This document shows positions 21,495 through 32,658 of a stretch of 64,000 nt of DNA, piece by piece. The stretch covers positions 64,001 to 128,000 of the forward strand of contig CAVVKJ010000010.1 in the NCBI GenBank assembly GCA_963748815.1, in the 5' to 3' direction. Made by a program: the position numbers and the translations under genes. Each line of letters opens with the position of its first letter. Position 1 is the stretch's first letter. The stretch is from an uncultured Gemmatimonadales bacterium (GTDB lineage Bacteria; Gemmatimonadota; Gemmatimonadetes; Gemmatimonadales; GWC2-71-9). The notes beneath the pieces were generated by a model that saw nothing but the letters and a program-made list of their open reading frames with translations, was not told where the DNA came from and did no database searches.

Positions 21495-21495
21495 G

Positions 21496-22284
21496 GTGAC
21501 ATCAACGCTCGACCGCATCCTGAACGGTGTCCGCGCCGGGCTCCCGGCCCTCGCCGCCCGGCGGGAAGAGCTGGAAGCCCGCGCCAGTGGGCGGGCGTCG
21601 CCGCCGGATTTCCGGGCGGCGCTCCGGCGGCCGATGGTGTCGGTGATCGCCGAGCTGAAGCGGAAGTCCCCATCGGCCGGGCTGATCGCGCCGCGCCTGG
21701 ACCCCGCGACCCGGGCCCGCACGTACGCCTCCGCCGGCGCCGCCGCGCTTTCCGTCCTGACCGAGCAGGAACATTTCGGGGGAGCGCTCGCCGACCTCGA
21801 GTCCGTGGGCGCCGTCGTCCCCCTGCCGCTGCTTCGGAAGGACTTCATCCTTCACGAACTGCAGGTCGTCGAGGCGCGCGCCGCGGGCGCCTCGGCCATC
21901 CTGCTCATCGTCCGGGCCCTCGAGCCGGCCCAGCTTCGCCACCTGCTCGCCGCGGCCCATCGCTGGGGACTCGCGGCGCTCGTCGAGGCTCACGACCAGC
22001 GCGAGATCGACCTGGCGCTCTCCTCCGGCGCAACGATCCTCGGCGTCAACAGCCGAGACCTGGGCGATTTTTCCATCGACGCGAGCCGTGCGTGGGCGCT
22101 CCTCGCCCGGCTCCCTGCCGATGTCATTGCCGTCGCGGAGAGCGGCATGAAGGACGTCGCTGCTGTTCGGGCGGCCGCGGCGGGGGGAGCGGATGCGGTC
22201 CTGGTCGGCTCGGCGCTCTCGGCGGCGGACGATCCGGCACCCCTCCTGGCTGCCATGGCCGCGGTCCCCCGCCATGGCCGTTGA
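21496..22284 (+). CDS. trpC: Indole-3-glycerol phosphate synthase
   Basis: IAELKRKSPS, SVLTE, LRKDF, GVNSRDL, AESG. Confidence 0.96.
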   Translation: MTSTLDRILNGVRAGLPALAARREELEARASGRASPPDFRAALRRPMVSVIAELKRKSPSAGLIAPRLDPATRARTYASAGAAALSVLTEQEHFGGALADLESVGAVVPLPLLRKDFILHELQVVEARAAGASAILLIVRALEPAQLRHLLAAAHRWGLAALVEAHDQREIDLALSSGATILGVNSRDLGDFSIDASRAWALLARLPADVIAVAESGMKDVAAVRAAAAGGADAVLVGSALSAADDPAPLLAAMAAVPRHGR

Positions 22285-22918
22285 CGCCAAGATCTGCGGG
22301 CTGACCCGCCCGGAGGACGCGGCGGTGGCCGTAGAGGCGGGGGCCTCTTACCTTGGAGTGGTATTCGCAGGTGGTCCGCGGACGGTGGATGCCGCGCTGG
22401 CCCGGCACATCGTCGCCGCTTCCTCCGGTCGCCCCGTGTTCGGCGTGTTCGGGCGCCATTCCGCCGACGAGATCCTGCGCTGTCGCTCCGACACCGGATT
22501 GATCGGCGCCCAGCTGCACGGCGGCTTCGATCCGGGCCTGGCGGCGCGGCTCCGTGCGGAAGGCATGACCGTCTGGGCGGTGGCGCGCGTGGCCGACCTC
22601 GCCGATTGCGACCGGCTCGCCGAACTGGCCGACACCGCCGACGCCGTGCTGATCGAACCGAGCGTACCGGGTGTCGACGGCGGGACCGGCGTGTCCCTTT
22701 CACTCGCGCTCGCCCGCCGTGCGCGCGAAGTCCTGGCGGGGCGACGGATGGTGCTGGCCGGCGGGTTGCGGCCCGGGTCGGTGGCGGCCGCGATCGAGGC
22801 GGTGCGGCCCGATGTCGTGGATGTGAGCAGTGGTGTCGAGACGACCCCGGGTTGCAAGGACCCGTCGGCCGTCCGGCTCTTCCTGGAGGCGGTGCGTGGC
22901 GATCAGCCTTCCCCCTGA
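22274..22918 (+). CDS. trpF: Phosphoribosylanthranilate isomerase
   Basis: KICGLT, QLHG, GGTG, LAGGL, DVSSGVE. Confidence 0.95.
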   Translation: MAVDAKICGLTRPEDAAVAVEAGASYLGVVFAGGPRTVDAALARHIVAASSGRPVFGVFGRHSADEILRCRSDTGLIGAQLHGGFDPGLAARLRAEGMTVWAVARVADLADCDRLAELADTADAVLIEPSVPGVDGGTGVSLSLALARRAREVLAGRRMVLAGGLRPGSVAAAIEAVRPDVVDVSSGVETTPGCKDPSAVRLFLEAVRGDQPSP

Positions 22919-24099
22919 ACGCGCCATCGAAGGACGATTCGGCCCCTACGGCGGCCGCTATGTGCCCGAGACCCTGCTCGCGGCGCTTGAGGAACTCGCG
23001 GCCCTCTACGACGGCGTGCGAACGGAACCCGCCTTCTGGAGCGAGCTAGGGTCGATCCTCCGGGACTACGTCGGGCGCCCCACGCCCCTGACGGATGCCC
23101 CCCGCCTCGGTGCCGAGATCGGTGCGCGCCTCCTGCTGAAGCGGGAGGATCTCAATCACACCGGTGCGCACAAGATCAACAACACAGTGGGGCAGGCGCT
23201 GCTGGCGCGGCGGATGGGGAAGCGACGGATTATCGCCGAGACCGGTGCGGGACAGCACGGCGTGGCCACCGCCACCATCTGCGCGCGCCTCGGCCTGGAG
23301 TGCGTGGTGTACATGGGCGCCGAGGACGTGGCGCGCCAGGCGCTCAACGTGTACCGGATGCGGTTGCTGGGCGCCACGGTCGTGCCGGTCGGGTCCGGTA
23401 CGCGCACGCTCAAGGACGCCACCAACGAGGCGCTCCGCGACTGGGTCGCCAACGTCCCCCACACCCACTACATCATCGGCTCGGTCGTGGGCCCCGATCC
23501 CTACCCGCGGATGGTCCGGGACTTCCAGTCCGTCATCGGGCGGGAGGCGCGGACGCAAACCCTGGAACGAACGGGGCGGCTTCCGCGGACCGTGGTGGCC
23601 TGCGTCGGCGGCGGTTCGAATGCGATCGGCATATTCAGCGGATTTCTCGACGACGCCGACGTGGAGCTGGTTGGCGTCGAGGCGGCCGGCGAAGGGCTTG
23701 AGAGCGGGCGGCACAGCGCGACGCTCGCGCTCGGCCTGCCGGGGGTGCTGCACGGCGCCATGAGCTACCTGCTGCAGGATGCGGACGGCCAGGTGGCCCC
23801 GGCGCATTCGGTGAGCGCCGGCCTCGACTATCCCGGCGTGGGGCCGGAACACGCCTGGCTCCAGGACTCGGGGCGGGTCAGCTATCAGAGCGTCGACGAT
23901 CGCCGCCGCCCTCGACGGATTCGCGCGCCTCGCGCGCCTCGAGGGCATCATCCCCGCGCTCGAGACGGCGCACGCCGTGGCCTGGCTGGTCGAGGCGCGG
24001 GGACGGTGGCAGGACGATGAGCCGGTCCTGCTCTGCCTGAGCGGGCGCGGTGACAAGGACGTGGCACATGTGGCATCACTGACGGGAGCGGCGGGTTGA
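22896..24099 (+). CDS. trpB: Tryptophan synthase beta chain; frameshift near 23900
   Basis: [32 protein letters not shown]; second frame EGIIPALE...LSGRGDKD. Confidence 0.97.
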
Positions 24100-25883
24100 G
24101 CGAACCGGGTGTGGAATTCGAACAGGTACTGCCACCGGAACAGGTGGAGGAGCTCCTGCGGACGCTGGTCAAGGCGTCGCGGGCGTTCCAGATGTATCTG
24201 CCGAACAACCCCATGTTCCATCGCGCGGCGAAGAACCTCCAGGCCGCCTTCGAGCCGGTGTGGTCGGCCATCGACGAGCTCGTCCTGACGGTGCAGGAGA
24301 CCGATTTCGTCTGGGAAGGGACGGTGGTGTACCACCAGTTGCACAAGGCGGACAGTCTCGCGTGGACGCTCTACAAGGACGGCCTCCGCGTCCTGACGCT
24401 GCGGAAAGGCGTGGAGGTGGAGGAGCTTCCCCGGCTGCTTCGCGTGGTCAACCAGGTCCGCGGGCTCGCGCCCGACGCGACCGACGACCTCTTCACGCTG
24501 CTCTGGGCCGAGGAGTTCACGCACGTCGACGTGCGGTTTGCCGAGTTCCTCCAGGACTTCGGCACCGCCGAGTTGGTGCCCGGTGCGCAGTACTCCGCCG
24601 GCACCAGCTATGCCGACGAGGTGAAGAGCGACCTGGCCGGTACCGCCGACGGTGAGGGGACGGGCGGGCTGGCGGCGCCGGGCGAGACGGTCGGCGAAGG
24701 CGAGGAGGAGGGGAACGCCGGCGAAGCGGGGGCTGCGGTCGACGCCGCCGAGCGCCCGAAGGGCGTCGTCGACCTGGACGAGTTCGACTCGACGCTGTAC
24801 TTCCTCGACGCCGGTGAGATCGACATGCTCACCGCGGACCTCAACCTCGAGTACTCGCGCGACCTGCGCGACGGCTCGCTGGCGGCCCTGTACGACCTCT
24901 TCGAGGGCCAGACCGAGCCGGAGATCCGCGAGGAGATCCTCGGCGTGCTCGAGACCCTCTTCCCCAGCATGCTCAACGCCGGCGAGTTTCGCGCGAGCGC
25001 GGCGGTCCTGCGGGAAACCCGGGTGCTGGCCGAGCGTTCCGTGGACCTGGTCGCGGCGCACAAGGAGCGGTTGATCAAGTTCATCGAACAGCTCAGCGAG
25101 CCCGCCATCGTCGGCCAGCTGATGCAGGCGCTCGACGAGGGCACCGGCCGCCCGAGCGACGCCGACATCGCCGAGCTGCTGCGGGAACTCCGGCCGCGCG
25201 CGCTCTCGACGCTCGTCGAATGGACGCCGCGGCTGACCTCCGCCCCGGTCCGCGCCCTCGTCGAAGAGGCGGTCCAGCAGCTCGCGTCGGCGCACCAGGG
25301 CGAACTGCTGCGGCTGCTTCGCTCCGGCGACCCGGAGGCGCTGCCCGGCGCCATCGAGCTGGCCGGCCGCCTCAAGCTGGAGGGGGCGGTCGCCGGGCTG
25401 GGCGAGGTGATGGGCACCCCCGACGCGGGGCTCCGCCTCGCGGCCACCGAGGCGCTGGTCCAGATCGGCACTCCCGGCGCGCTGGTGCTGCTCGAACGCG
25501 CCATCGGAGACGACGACCGGGGCGTGCGGATCGTCGCGCTCAAGGCGCTCAGCGCGCGCGGGTACAAGGGAGCGCTCCGGCGCGTCGAGGACGTCGTGAA
25601 CGGCAAGGGGCGGAAAGACCTCGACTTCAACGAGCGCCGCGCGTTCTTCGAGACCTACGGCGCCATCGCGGGCCCCGGCGGGCTGGCCGTGCTCCGCGAC
25701 CTCATCGTCCGGCGCGGCTTTTTCCGCCGGAAACAGAGCGCCGATGTCCGGATGTGCGCGGCGCTCGGACTCGGAAAGATCGGGTCGCCCGACGCACGTG
25801 CGGTGCTCGAGTCGGTGGCCGAGGACAACGACCGCCAGGTGCGCAACGCCGTGGCAGCGGCCCTGCGGGGGGTGGCTGAATGA
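24096..25883 (+). CDS. HEAT-repeat protein with an uncharacterised N-terminal domain and acidic linker
   Basis: C-terminal repeats [44 protein letters not shown]; overlaps both neighbours. Confidence 0.85.
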   Translation: MSEPGVEFEQVLPPEQVEELLRTLVKASRAFQMYLPNNPMFHRAAKNLQAAFEPVWSAIDELVLTVQETDFVWEGTVVYHQLHKADSLAWTLYKDGLRVLTLRKGVEVEELPRLLRVVNQVRGLAPDATDDLFTLLWAEEFTHVDVRFAEFLQDFGTAELVPGAQYSAGTSYADEVKSDLAGTADGEGTGGLAAPGETVGEGEEEGNAGEAGAAVDAAERPKGVVDLDEFDSTLYFLDAGEIDMLTADLNLEYSRDLRDGSLAALYDLFEGQTEPEIREEILGVLETLFPSMLNAGEFRASAAVLRETRVLAERSVDLVAAHKERLIKFIEQLSEPAIVGQLMQALDEGTGRPSDADIAELLRELRPRALSTLVEWTPRLTSAPVRALVEEAVQQLASAHQGELLRLLRSGDPEALPGAIELAGRLKLEGAVAGLGEVMGTPDAGLRLAATEALVQIGTPGALVLLERAIGDDDRGVRIVALKALSARGYKGALRRVEDVVNGKGRKDLDFNERRAFFETYGAIAGPGGLAVLRDLIVRRGFFRRKQSADVRMCAALGLGKIGSPDARAVLESVAEDNDRQVRNAVAAALRGVAE

Positions 25884-27322
25884 GCCAGGATCCACACGCC
25901 GCCGACCACAACCTCCGGCACGACGGGCGGGGACTCCTGCTCTCGTTCTACGCGGCGCTCCGGAGCCTCAAGCTCTACCCGCTGGAGAACACGACGGTCC
26001 AGAAGGCGCTCGACGACCTCCTGGCCGCCGGCGAGCAGCTTCTCGGCGCCGAGGAGGACGTCGAGATTCGCGCCTCCGGCGACTTCCTCTTCGTGAACGA
26101 CACGCGCCTCCGGCTCGAGCTCGACAACTACGCCTCCTTCAGCCAGGTCCTCGGGCTCCTCCGCACCTTCGAGGTCGGGACGTTCCGGATCGTCCGCGGC
26201 GTCGAGCGCCGCGAGTGGCAGGCGCTGTTGAGCGTCTTCCTCAGCCTCGGCACGCGCGACACCGCAGGCAGCCGGTTCGACGAGCTGATGGCCCGCCTCC
26301 AGCGGGCCGACATCCGGCACATCCAGCTCGAGCCGCTCACCGCGGTCGAGGAACAGGAAGACTCCGCGGAGGCGCGGGAAGTCGCCAAGCGCACCTACGC
26401 GCAGGGCGTGGCCGTCACCAAGGATGTCGTCAACAGCGTCCGGATGGGACGCACCGCCAACCTCAAGAAGGTGAAGCGCGCGGTGCAGCTGGTCGTGGAC
26501 CAGGTGCTCAACAACGAGACCTCCATTCTCGGGCTCACCACCATCCGCGACTACGACGAATACACCTTCACCCATTCGGTCAACGTCTGCATCTTCTCGG
26601 TGGCGCTCGGCAAGAAGCTCGGCTTCGGCAAGCTGCAGCTGTACGATCTCGGGCTCGCCGCCCTCCTGCACGACATCGGCAAGGCGCGGATCACCCTCGA
26701 CATCCTGAACAAGACCACCGGTCTCGACGAGGACGAGTGGAAGGTGATGACGCGGCATCCCTGGTTCGGGACGCTCACCCTCTTCAGCTCCCGCCGGTAC
26801 GAGGAGACGCCCTATCGCGCCATCCTCGTGGCGCACGAGCATCATATGAAGACCGACCTGACCGGCTATCCCCGCCCGATCCGGCCGCGGAAACTCGGGC
26901 TCTACTCCCGCCTGGTGGCGGTGGCCGACGGCTTCGATGCCGCGACGACACGGCGCAGCTACCAGACGGTGCCGATCCAGCCCGACGCGGTCCTGAAGGA
27001 AATGTGGGAGAACCCCAGCCGCGGCTACGACCGGGTGCTCGTCAAGGCGCTGATCAACCTCATCGGGATTTACCCGGTCGGCACCTGCGTCATCCTGGAC
27101 ACCCTCGAGGTGGCCATCGTCGCGGGGGCCAACCCCGATCCCACCGTCCTCAACCGCCCGCTGGTGCGCATCGCCATCGACACCAACGGCGCCGTGCTGC
27201 CGCCGCCCGGCGACCCGGCGGATCTCGCCGACGGCAACGGCCAGGGGGGCTATGCGCGATCGATCGTCAAGGTGACCGACCCGACGCGGTACGGCCTCGT
27301 GGTGGGCGACTACTTTGTCTGA
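25880..27322 (+). CDS. HD-GYP domain phosphodiesterase
   Basis: YTFTHSVNV, LLHDIGK, HEHH...GYP, VADGFDA. Confidence 0.9.
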   Translation: MSQDPHAADHNLRHDGRGLLLSFYAALRSLKLYPLENTTVQKALDDLLAAGEQLLGAEEDVEIRASGDFLFVNDTRLRLELDNYASFSQVLGLLRTFEVGTFRIVRGVERREWQALLSVFLSLGTRDTAGSRFDELMARLQRADIRHIQLEPLTAVEEQEDSAEAREVAKRTYAQGVAVTKDVVNSVRMGRTANLKKVKRAVQLVVDQVLNNETSILGLTTIRDYDEYTFTHSVNVCIFSVALGKKLGFGKLQLYDLGLAALLHDIGKARITLDILNKTTGLDEDEWKVMTRHPWFGTLTLFSSRRYEETPYRAILVAHEHHMKTDLTGYPRPIRPRKLGLYSRLVAVADGFDAATTRRSYQTVPIQPDAVLKEMWENPSRGYDRVLVKALINLIGIYPVGTCVILDTLEVAIVAGANPDPTVLNRPLVRIAIDTNGAVLPPPGDPADLADGNGQGGYARSIVKVTDPTRYGLVVGDYFV

Positions 27323-28121
27323 CCCCACGCTGCGCGCCGCCTGGTCGGCCCTCCAGCGCGCTGACCAATCCGCCCTGATCGCCTACCTCACCGCCGGGTA
27401 TCCCGACCGGGCCACCAGCCTCGCCGCCCTCCGGACCGCGGCGCGCTACGCCGACGTCCTCGAGGTCGGCGTCCCGTTCAGCGACCCGGTGGCCGACGGG
27501 CCGGTCATCCAGCGCGCGTCATTCGACGCGCTCGCGCGTGGCATGACCCTCCACGGCACGCTCGACCTCGTCGCCGAAGCGGACGTCGACTGTCCGGTGG
27601 TGCTCTTCTCCTACCTGAACCCGCTGCTGCGCTACGGATTCGACCGATTGCTCGACGATGCCGCCGAGGCGGGGGTGGACGGGCTGCTGGTCACCGACCT
27701 CCCGGCGGGGGTCGACCCCGCGCTGGAGGAAGCGGTGCGGCAGAGCGCCCTCGACCTGATTCCCCTCGTCGCCCCGACGACCCCAGCGCCGCGGGTTGCC
27801 GAAATTGATGCCCGCGCGACGGCGTTCCTCTACCTGATCGGTCGGCTCGGCGTCACCGGCGCCGGAACCCCGCCGGACGCGTTGCTCCAGGCGACGGTGA
27901 CGCGGGTCCGCGCCCACGCGAGGCGGCCGCTGGCGGTCGGGTTCGGGATCAGCACCCCGGACCAGGTCCGCTCGGTCGGCCAATGGGCGGACGGCGTCGT
28001 GGTGGGGAGCGCCCTGGTGGCCGCGCTCGGGCAAGGTGGCGTCGCGTCCCTCGAATCCCTCCTCGCCGAGCTCGCGCCGGCCTGTGTTCGATCCGCCATC
28101 GCGGGAGCGTCTTGTGTTTAG
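27315..28121 (+). CDS. trpA: Tryptophan synthase alpha chain
   Basis: [35 protein letters not shown]. Confidence 0.96.
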   Translation: MSDPTLRAAWSALQRADQSALIAYLTAGYPDRATSLAALRTAARYADVLEVGVPFSDPVADGPVIQRASFDALARGMTLHGTLDLVAEADVDCPVVLFSYLNPLLRYGFDRLLDDAAEAGVDGLLVTDLPAGVDPALEEAVRQSALDLIPLVAPTTPAPRVAEIDARATAFLYLIGRLGVTGAGTPPDALLQATVTRVRAHARRPLAVGFGISTPDQVRSVGQWADGVVVGSALVAALGQGGVASLESLLAELAPACVRSAIAGASCV

Positions 28122-30195
28122 CACCGCGCGGGTCCTGGCCCTCTATGGCCGAGTGCTGGTCTGGTTCGGATTGTCGCTGGCGGCGATTGCGCTGGTGCTC
28201 GACCTCCGGTGGATCGAGCAGCCCATCCCGACGCTCCTGATCCTGCTGACGGTGGCGGCGCTCCGTGCCTCTCCGGTGCGGCTCAGCAAGTATTCGTACC
28301 TGACCCAGCACGGCGTGCCGGTGGTGGTCGGCGTCATGGTGGCGGCGCCGTCGCAGGTGGTGGCGGGCATGGCGGCCGGGGTCTACCTGGTGGACACCCT
28401 CTGGCTGCGGAAGCCCATGGGGGCCGGCCTGGTCAATGCCGGCCGGGAGAACATCGCCTTCCTGGCGTCGTTCGGGATCTTCGCGCTGGTCTGGCGGCTG
28501 AGCGGATCCCCGGGCATCGGGCTCGACTTCCTGCCTGCCGCGTTCACCCTGGCCGGCATCTACTTCTTCCTGTCGCGCGCGCTGTTCTACTTCACCCTCC
28601 TGCTCCGGGACAAGCTCGAGAGCGAAGAACGGCTGCTCATCCTGCGCTACGAGGTGGTGGCCTACCTCCTCACGCTCGGCGCGTCGGCCATCATCATCGG
28701 CGCCATCCAGGTCCTCAGTCCCCCCGGCTGGGCCGCGGTGCTCGCGGTGGTGGGCGTCTTCGGGCTCCTCACGAAGAAGATCCTCGAGGAGGCGATCGCC
28801 GCCGAGGACCTGAACAAGGTCCACCTGATGGAGACGGCGATTACCACCAACGTCACGCTGATGGACTCCTTCCAGCAGATCGAGCGGCTGGCGCACCGTC
28901 TCCTCGACTGGGGCGACCTGCGGATCTACCGCCGGGACGACCAGGATGTCGTGACGCTGGCGTACCGCGGCGAAGTGGGCCGCGGGGGCCGCGGCGAGGT
29001 GCCGGCCGAACTCGAACCGCTCCGCCGGACGGCCATCGCGACCGCGGAGGCGGTCATCGTCCACGACACCTCCAAGGACGCTCGGCTGCCGATGGCGGCG
29101 ACGGACACCCAGAGCCTCGTGATTCTGCCGCTCCGGTTCGGCCACGACGTCATCGGCACGCTCGAGCTGGAGCATCACAAGCGGCACATGTACCGCGCCC
29201 GCGACCTCGCCGCGATGTCCACCCTCGCGACCCAGGTGGCGACCGCCATCCACATCGCGGAGTTGCGCCGACCGCTGGTCACCACCGTGGACAGCATCGG
29301 CTCGCAGGTGGGCGCGCTGGCGCGGGCCACCGAGTCGCTGCACGCCTCCGCCGACGCCCTCACCGCCGCCTCGAAATCGCTCCGGATCGGGCTCGGGGAA
29401 CAGGATGCGTTCGTCACGGCGGGGCTCAAGGCGACGAAGGCGCTTGCCAGCGGCTCTGCCGAAATCGCGGTCCAGGGGAAGCGGGCGGCGGAGGCCAGTG
29501 CCCGGGCATCGGAGACGGCGTCGCGCAATCGCGAAACGATTCGCGACGCGATCAAGCGGCTGGTGGACCTCAAGCACTTCGTGGCCGAGAGCTCGCGCCA
29601 GGTCGGGGAGCTGGGCAACGTCACGAAACGGATCACAGGGTTCATCGGATCGATCCGCGAAATTGCCGACCTGACCAACCTCATTTCGCTCAACGCCGCC
29701 ATCGAGGCGGCGCGGGCGGGCCAGGAGGGGAAGGGGTTCGCCGTGGTCGCGGCCGAGGTCCGCGACCTGGCCGACCAGAGCGCCGTCGCCGCCCGGGAAG
29801 CAGGCGGACTCCTCGCCGCCATCGCCGAGCAGGTCACCGAGATCACCGCGCAGATGTCCCACGGCGAGCGGGCGGTGGAAGGCGTCGAGCAGCTCGGCGA
29901 GGCGGCGGTCGAGGCGCTGGAGGGCATCGTGAACACGACCCGCGAGGCCGGCACGTCGGCGCAGCGGATCGGCGAGACGGCGAGCTTGCAGGAAGGGGCG
30001 TTCGCCAAGCTCCAGGAGCAGATCGGGCACCTCGCCACCGTGTCCGCCAGGATTCGCGAGGAGACCACCGTCCTGGCCAGCCAGGCGGGGCGGGCCGCCG
30101 ACGCACAGCAGGAACTCGACGGCGCGATCAAGCAGCTGGAGCAGGTCTCGACGCACCTGCAGTCGATCGCGCGCCACTTCACCGTCGGGGAATAG
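28114..30195 (+). CDS. Methyl-accepting chemotaxis protein with multi-TM N-terminus and GAF domain
   Basis: Hydrophobic N-terminal third; GAF-like [20 protein letters not shown] tip [33 protein letters not shown]. Confidence 0.9.
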   Translation: MFSTARVLALYGRVLVWFGLSLAAIALVLDLRWIEQPIPTLLILLTVAALRASPVRLSKYSYLTQHGVPVVVGVMVAAPSQVVAGMAAGVYLVDTLWLRKPMGAGLVNAGRENIAFLASFGIFALVWRLSGSPGIGLDFLPAAFTLAGIYFFLSRALFYFTLLLRDKLESEERLLILRYEVVAYLLTLGASAIIIGAIQVLSPPGWAAVLAVVGVFGLLTKKILEEAIAAEDLNKVHLMETAITTNVTLMDSFQQIERLAHRLLDWGDLRIYRRDDQDVVTLAYRGEVGRGGRGEVPAELEPLRRTAIATAEAVIVHDTSKDARLPMAATDTQSLVILPLRFGHDVIGTLELEHHKRHMYRARDLAAMSTLATQVATAIHIAELRRPLVTTVDSIGSQVGALARATESLHASADALTAASKSLRIGLGEQDAFVTAGLKATKALASGSAEIAVQGKRAAEASARASETASRNRETIRDAIKRLVDLKHFVAESSRQVGELGNVTKRITGFIGSIREIADLTNLISLNAAIEAARAGQEGKGFAVVAAEVRDLADQSAVAAREAGGLLAAIAEQVTEITAQMSHGERAVEGVEQLGEAAVEALEGIVNTTREAGTSAQRIGETASLQEGAFAKLQEQIGHLATVSARIREETTVLASQAGRAADAQQELDGAIKQLEQVSTHLQSIARHFTVGE

Positions 30196-30196
30196 C

Positions 30197-30604
30197 GTGG
30201 CGGAGGTCGTGACCGTGGCGCTGGGGAGCAACCTCGGCGATCGGGCCGCGCACCTGGCGGCGGCGCGCGCGGCGCTGGCCGGGCTGCCCGGCACCCGGGT
30301 GGTCAAGGTGTCCGCCGTGGAAGAGACGGCGCCGCTCGGCGGCCTCGACCAGCCGGCGTACCTCAACCAGGTGGCGCTGCTGGAGACGGAGTTGGACCCG
30401 CGCGCCCTGCTCAACGCCTGCCAGGGCATCGAGCGCGCCGAGGGGCGGACGCGGGGCCCGCGCTGGGCCTCGCGCTCGCTCGACATCGACATCATTCAAT
30501 TCGGGCGACGCCAGGTGGCGGAGCCCGGACTCACGATCCCGCATCCGGAGCTCCCCCACCGCGACTTCTGGCAGCGCGGCCTGGCGGAGGTGCAGACCCC
30601 ATGA
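30197..30604 (+). CDS. folK: HPPK
   Basis: ALGSNLGDR, YLNQVA, RSLDIDI, LTIPHP. Confidence 0.95.
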   Translation: MAEVVTVALGSNLGDRAAHLAAARAALAGLPGTRVVKVSAVEETAPLGGLDQPAYLNQVALLETELDPRALLNACQGIERAEGRTRGPRWASRSLDIDIIQFGRRQVAEPGLTIPHPELPHRDFWQRGLAEVQTP

Positions 30605-31413
30605 GCGACACCCCCCGTCCCCTGACGACGCGCGACTTCCTCGCGATGAAGCGCGCCGGCACGAAAATCGTCTGCCTGACCGCGTATGACGCCCTGATGG
30701 CGCGCATGCTCGACGCCTCGGGGGTGGACATCATCCTGGTCGGCGACTCGGTCAACCAGGTGGTCGCCGGGCGGAGCAGCACCCTCAGCGCCACCCTCGA
30801 GCAGATGATCTATCACGCCAGCGCGGTGCAGGGAGCGGTGCGCCGCGCCCTCGTGGTGGTGGACCTGCCGTTCCTGACTTACCAGGTCACGATCGAGGAC
30901 GCGATTCGAAACGCCGGCCGGGCCATGCAGGCGACGGGTGCGCCCGCGGTGAAGCTCGAAGGCGGCGTGACCATGGGGCCGACGATTCGTGCGCTGGTGG
31001 AGCGCGGAATCCCGGTCATGGGGCATATCGGGCTGACCCCCCAGTCGGTGCACGCGCTTGGCGGGTACCGGGTCCAGGGGAGGGAGGAGGCGGCCGCCGA
31101 GCGGCTGCTGGCCGACGCGCGGGCGGTCGAAGAGGCGGGCGCATTCGGTGTCGTGCTCGAGCTCGTCCCCGCGGCCCTCGCCGCCCAGATCACGCGGGAG
31201 CTCACCATTCCCACCATCGGGATCGGCGCCGGCGCCGAGTGCGACGGGCAGGTGCTCGTCCTGCCGGACATGCTGGGAATGAACCCGGGGTTCACCGTCA
31301 AGTTCCTCAAGAAGTACGCCGATCTCGACGGGATCATCCGCGCCGCGGTGGCCTCGTACAGCGAGGACGTCCGCTCCGGCAGGTACCCCGGGCAGGAACA
31401 CAGCTTCGAGTGA
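30601..31413 (+). CDS. panB: Ketopantoate hydroxymethyltransferase
   Basis: LTAYD, LVGDS, VKLEGG, GHIGLTPQ. Confidence 0.97.
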   Translation: MSDTPRPLTTRDFLAMKRAGTKIVCLTAYDALMARMLDASGVDIILVGDSVNQVVAGRSSTLSATLEQMIYHASAVQGAVRRALVVVDLPFLTYQVTIEDAIRNAGRAMQATGAPAVKLEGGVTMGPTIRALVERGIPVMGHIGLTPQSVHALGGYRVQGREEAAAERLLADARAVEEAGAFGVVLELVPAALAAQITRELTIPTIGIGAGAECDGQVLVLPDMLGMNPGFTVKFLKKYADLDGIIRAAVASYSEDVRSGRYPGQEHSFE

Positions 31414-32282
31414 ACCGCCGAACCGCCCCCAAAGAGTTCACAACGGTCGCGGGCATCCGCGCCTGGACCTCGGCGCAAAGAGCGGGGGGCTCCCGGATCG
31501 GGTTCGTGCCCACGATGGGGTTCCTGCACGAGGGGCACCTGGCCCTTGTCGACGCGGCGCGCGCCGTGTCGGACGTCGTCGTGATGAGCATCTTCGTCAA
31601 TCCCCTCCAATTCGGCCCCTCGGAAGACCTCTCCCGATATCCGCGTGACCTCCCCCGTGACCGGGCGCTGGCCACGAGCCGTGGCGTGGATGCCCTCTTC
31701 CTGCCGGACGTCTCCGTCATGTACCCCCCCGGCAGCGACACGCGGGTGGTACCAGGTCCTGGCGCCGACCGGTGGGAGGGCGAAATGCGACCCGGCCATT
31801 TCGCCGGGGTGCTGACGGTCGTGGCGAAGCTCTTTCACCTGGTGACGCCCGATGTCGCGGTCTTCGGCCAGAAGGACGCGCAGCAGGCAGCGTTGATCCG
31901 GCGGATGGTGCGCGACCTCGACTGGCCCGTCGCGCTGGTGGTGGCGCCGACCACGCGCGAGCCGGACGGGCTCGCGCTCAGCAGCCGGAACAGCTACCTG
32001 TCCGCGGAGGAGCGCGCGCAGGGCGTCGGGTTGAGCGCCGCCCTCCGCGCGGCGCACGAGGCCTGGCGGGGTGGCGAGACGGCGGGAGACCGGTTGACGG
32101 CGGTGGCACGGGGAGTGCTTGAGGTGTATCCGGCCGTGCGCCCGGAGTATATTGCCGTCGTCGAACCCGAGGCGCTGGCCCCCGTCGAGGCGGTGGGGGC
32201 GGGGTGCCTGATGCTGGTCGCCGCCCGGGTCGGATCGACGAGGCTGATCGACAACGTCATATTCGGGGAAGGGATCCCGTGA
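31410..32282 (+). CDS. panC: Pantoate-beta-alanine ligase
   Basis: [37 protein letters not shown]. Confidence 0.97.
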   Translation: MNRRTAPKEFTTVAGIRAWTSAQRAGGSRIGFVPTMGFLHEGHLALVDAARAVSDVVVMSIFVNPLQFGPSEDLSRYPRDLPRDRALATSRGVDALFLPDVSVMYPPGSDTRVVPGPGADRWEGEMRPGHFAGVLTVVAKLFHLVTPDVAVFGQKDAQQAALIRRMVRDLDWPVALVVAPTTREPDGLALSSRNSYLSAEERAQGVGLSAALRAAHEAWRGGETAGDRLTAVARGVLEVYPAVRPEYIAVVEPEALAPVEAVGAGCLMLVAARVGSTRLIDNVIFGEGIP

Positions 32283-32653
32283 TGCAACGACATCTCATGA
32301 AGTCCAAGATTCACCGCGCCACCATCACCTCGGCGGACCTCCACTACGAGGGGTCGCTGACGGTGGATGAGGACCTGCTCGACGCCGCCGACCTCCTCGA
32401 GCACGAGGAGGTGCAGGTCGTCAACGTCAACAACGGCGCGCGCTTCAGCACCTACGTCATTCCGGGGCCGCGGGGCTCGGGCGTGATCCAGCTGAACGGC
32501 GCCGCGGCGCGGCTGGGCATGGCGGGCGACCTCGTCATCGTCATCAGCTACGGCGTCTTCGAGGCCGCGGAGGCGGCGCGGCACACGCCGACCGTCGTCT
32601 TCGTCGACGAGCGGAACCGCATCGTCCGCCCCACGCTCCGGGCCGAGGGATAG
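32282..32653 (+). CDS. panD: Aspartate 1-decarboxylase
   Basis: KSKIHRA, YEGS cleavage site, LNGAAAR. Confidence 0.97.
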   Translation: MQRHLMKSKIHRATITSADLHYEGSLTVDEDLLDAADLLEHEEVQVVNVNNGARFSTYVIPGPRGSGVIQLNGAAARLGMAGDLVIVISYGVFEAAEAARHTPTVVFVDERNRIVRPTLRAEG

Positions 32654-32658
32654 GCTCG

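Noticed and set aside
23046..30495. Long antisense ORFs (23046-25895, 27949-30495) and similar shadow ORFs
   Set aside because: They mirror well-supported genes, carry no motifs, and are expected in high-GC coding DNA.
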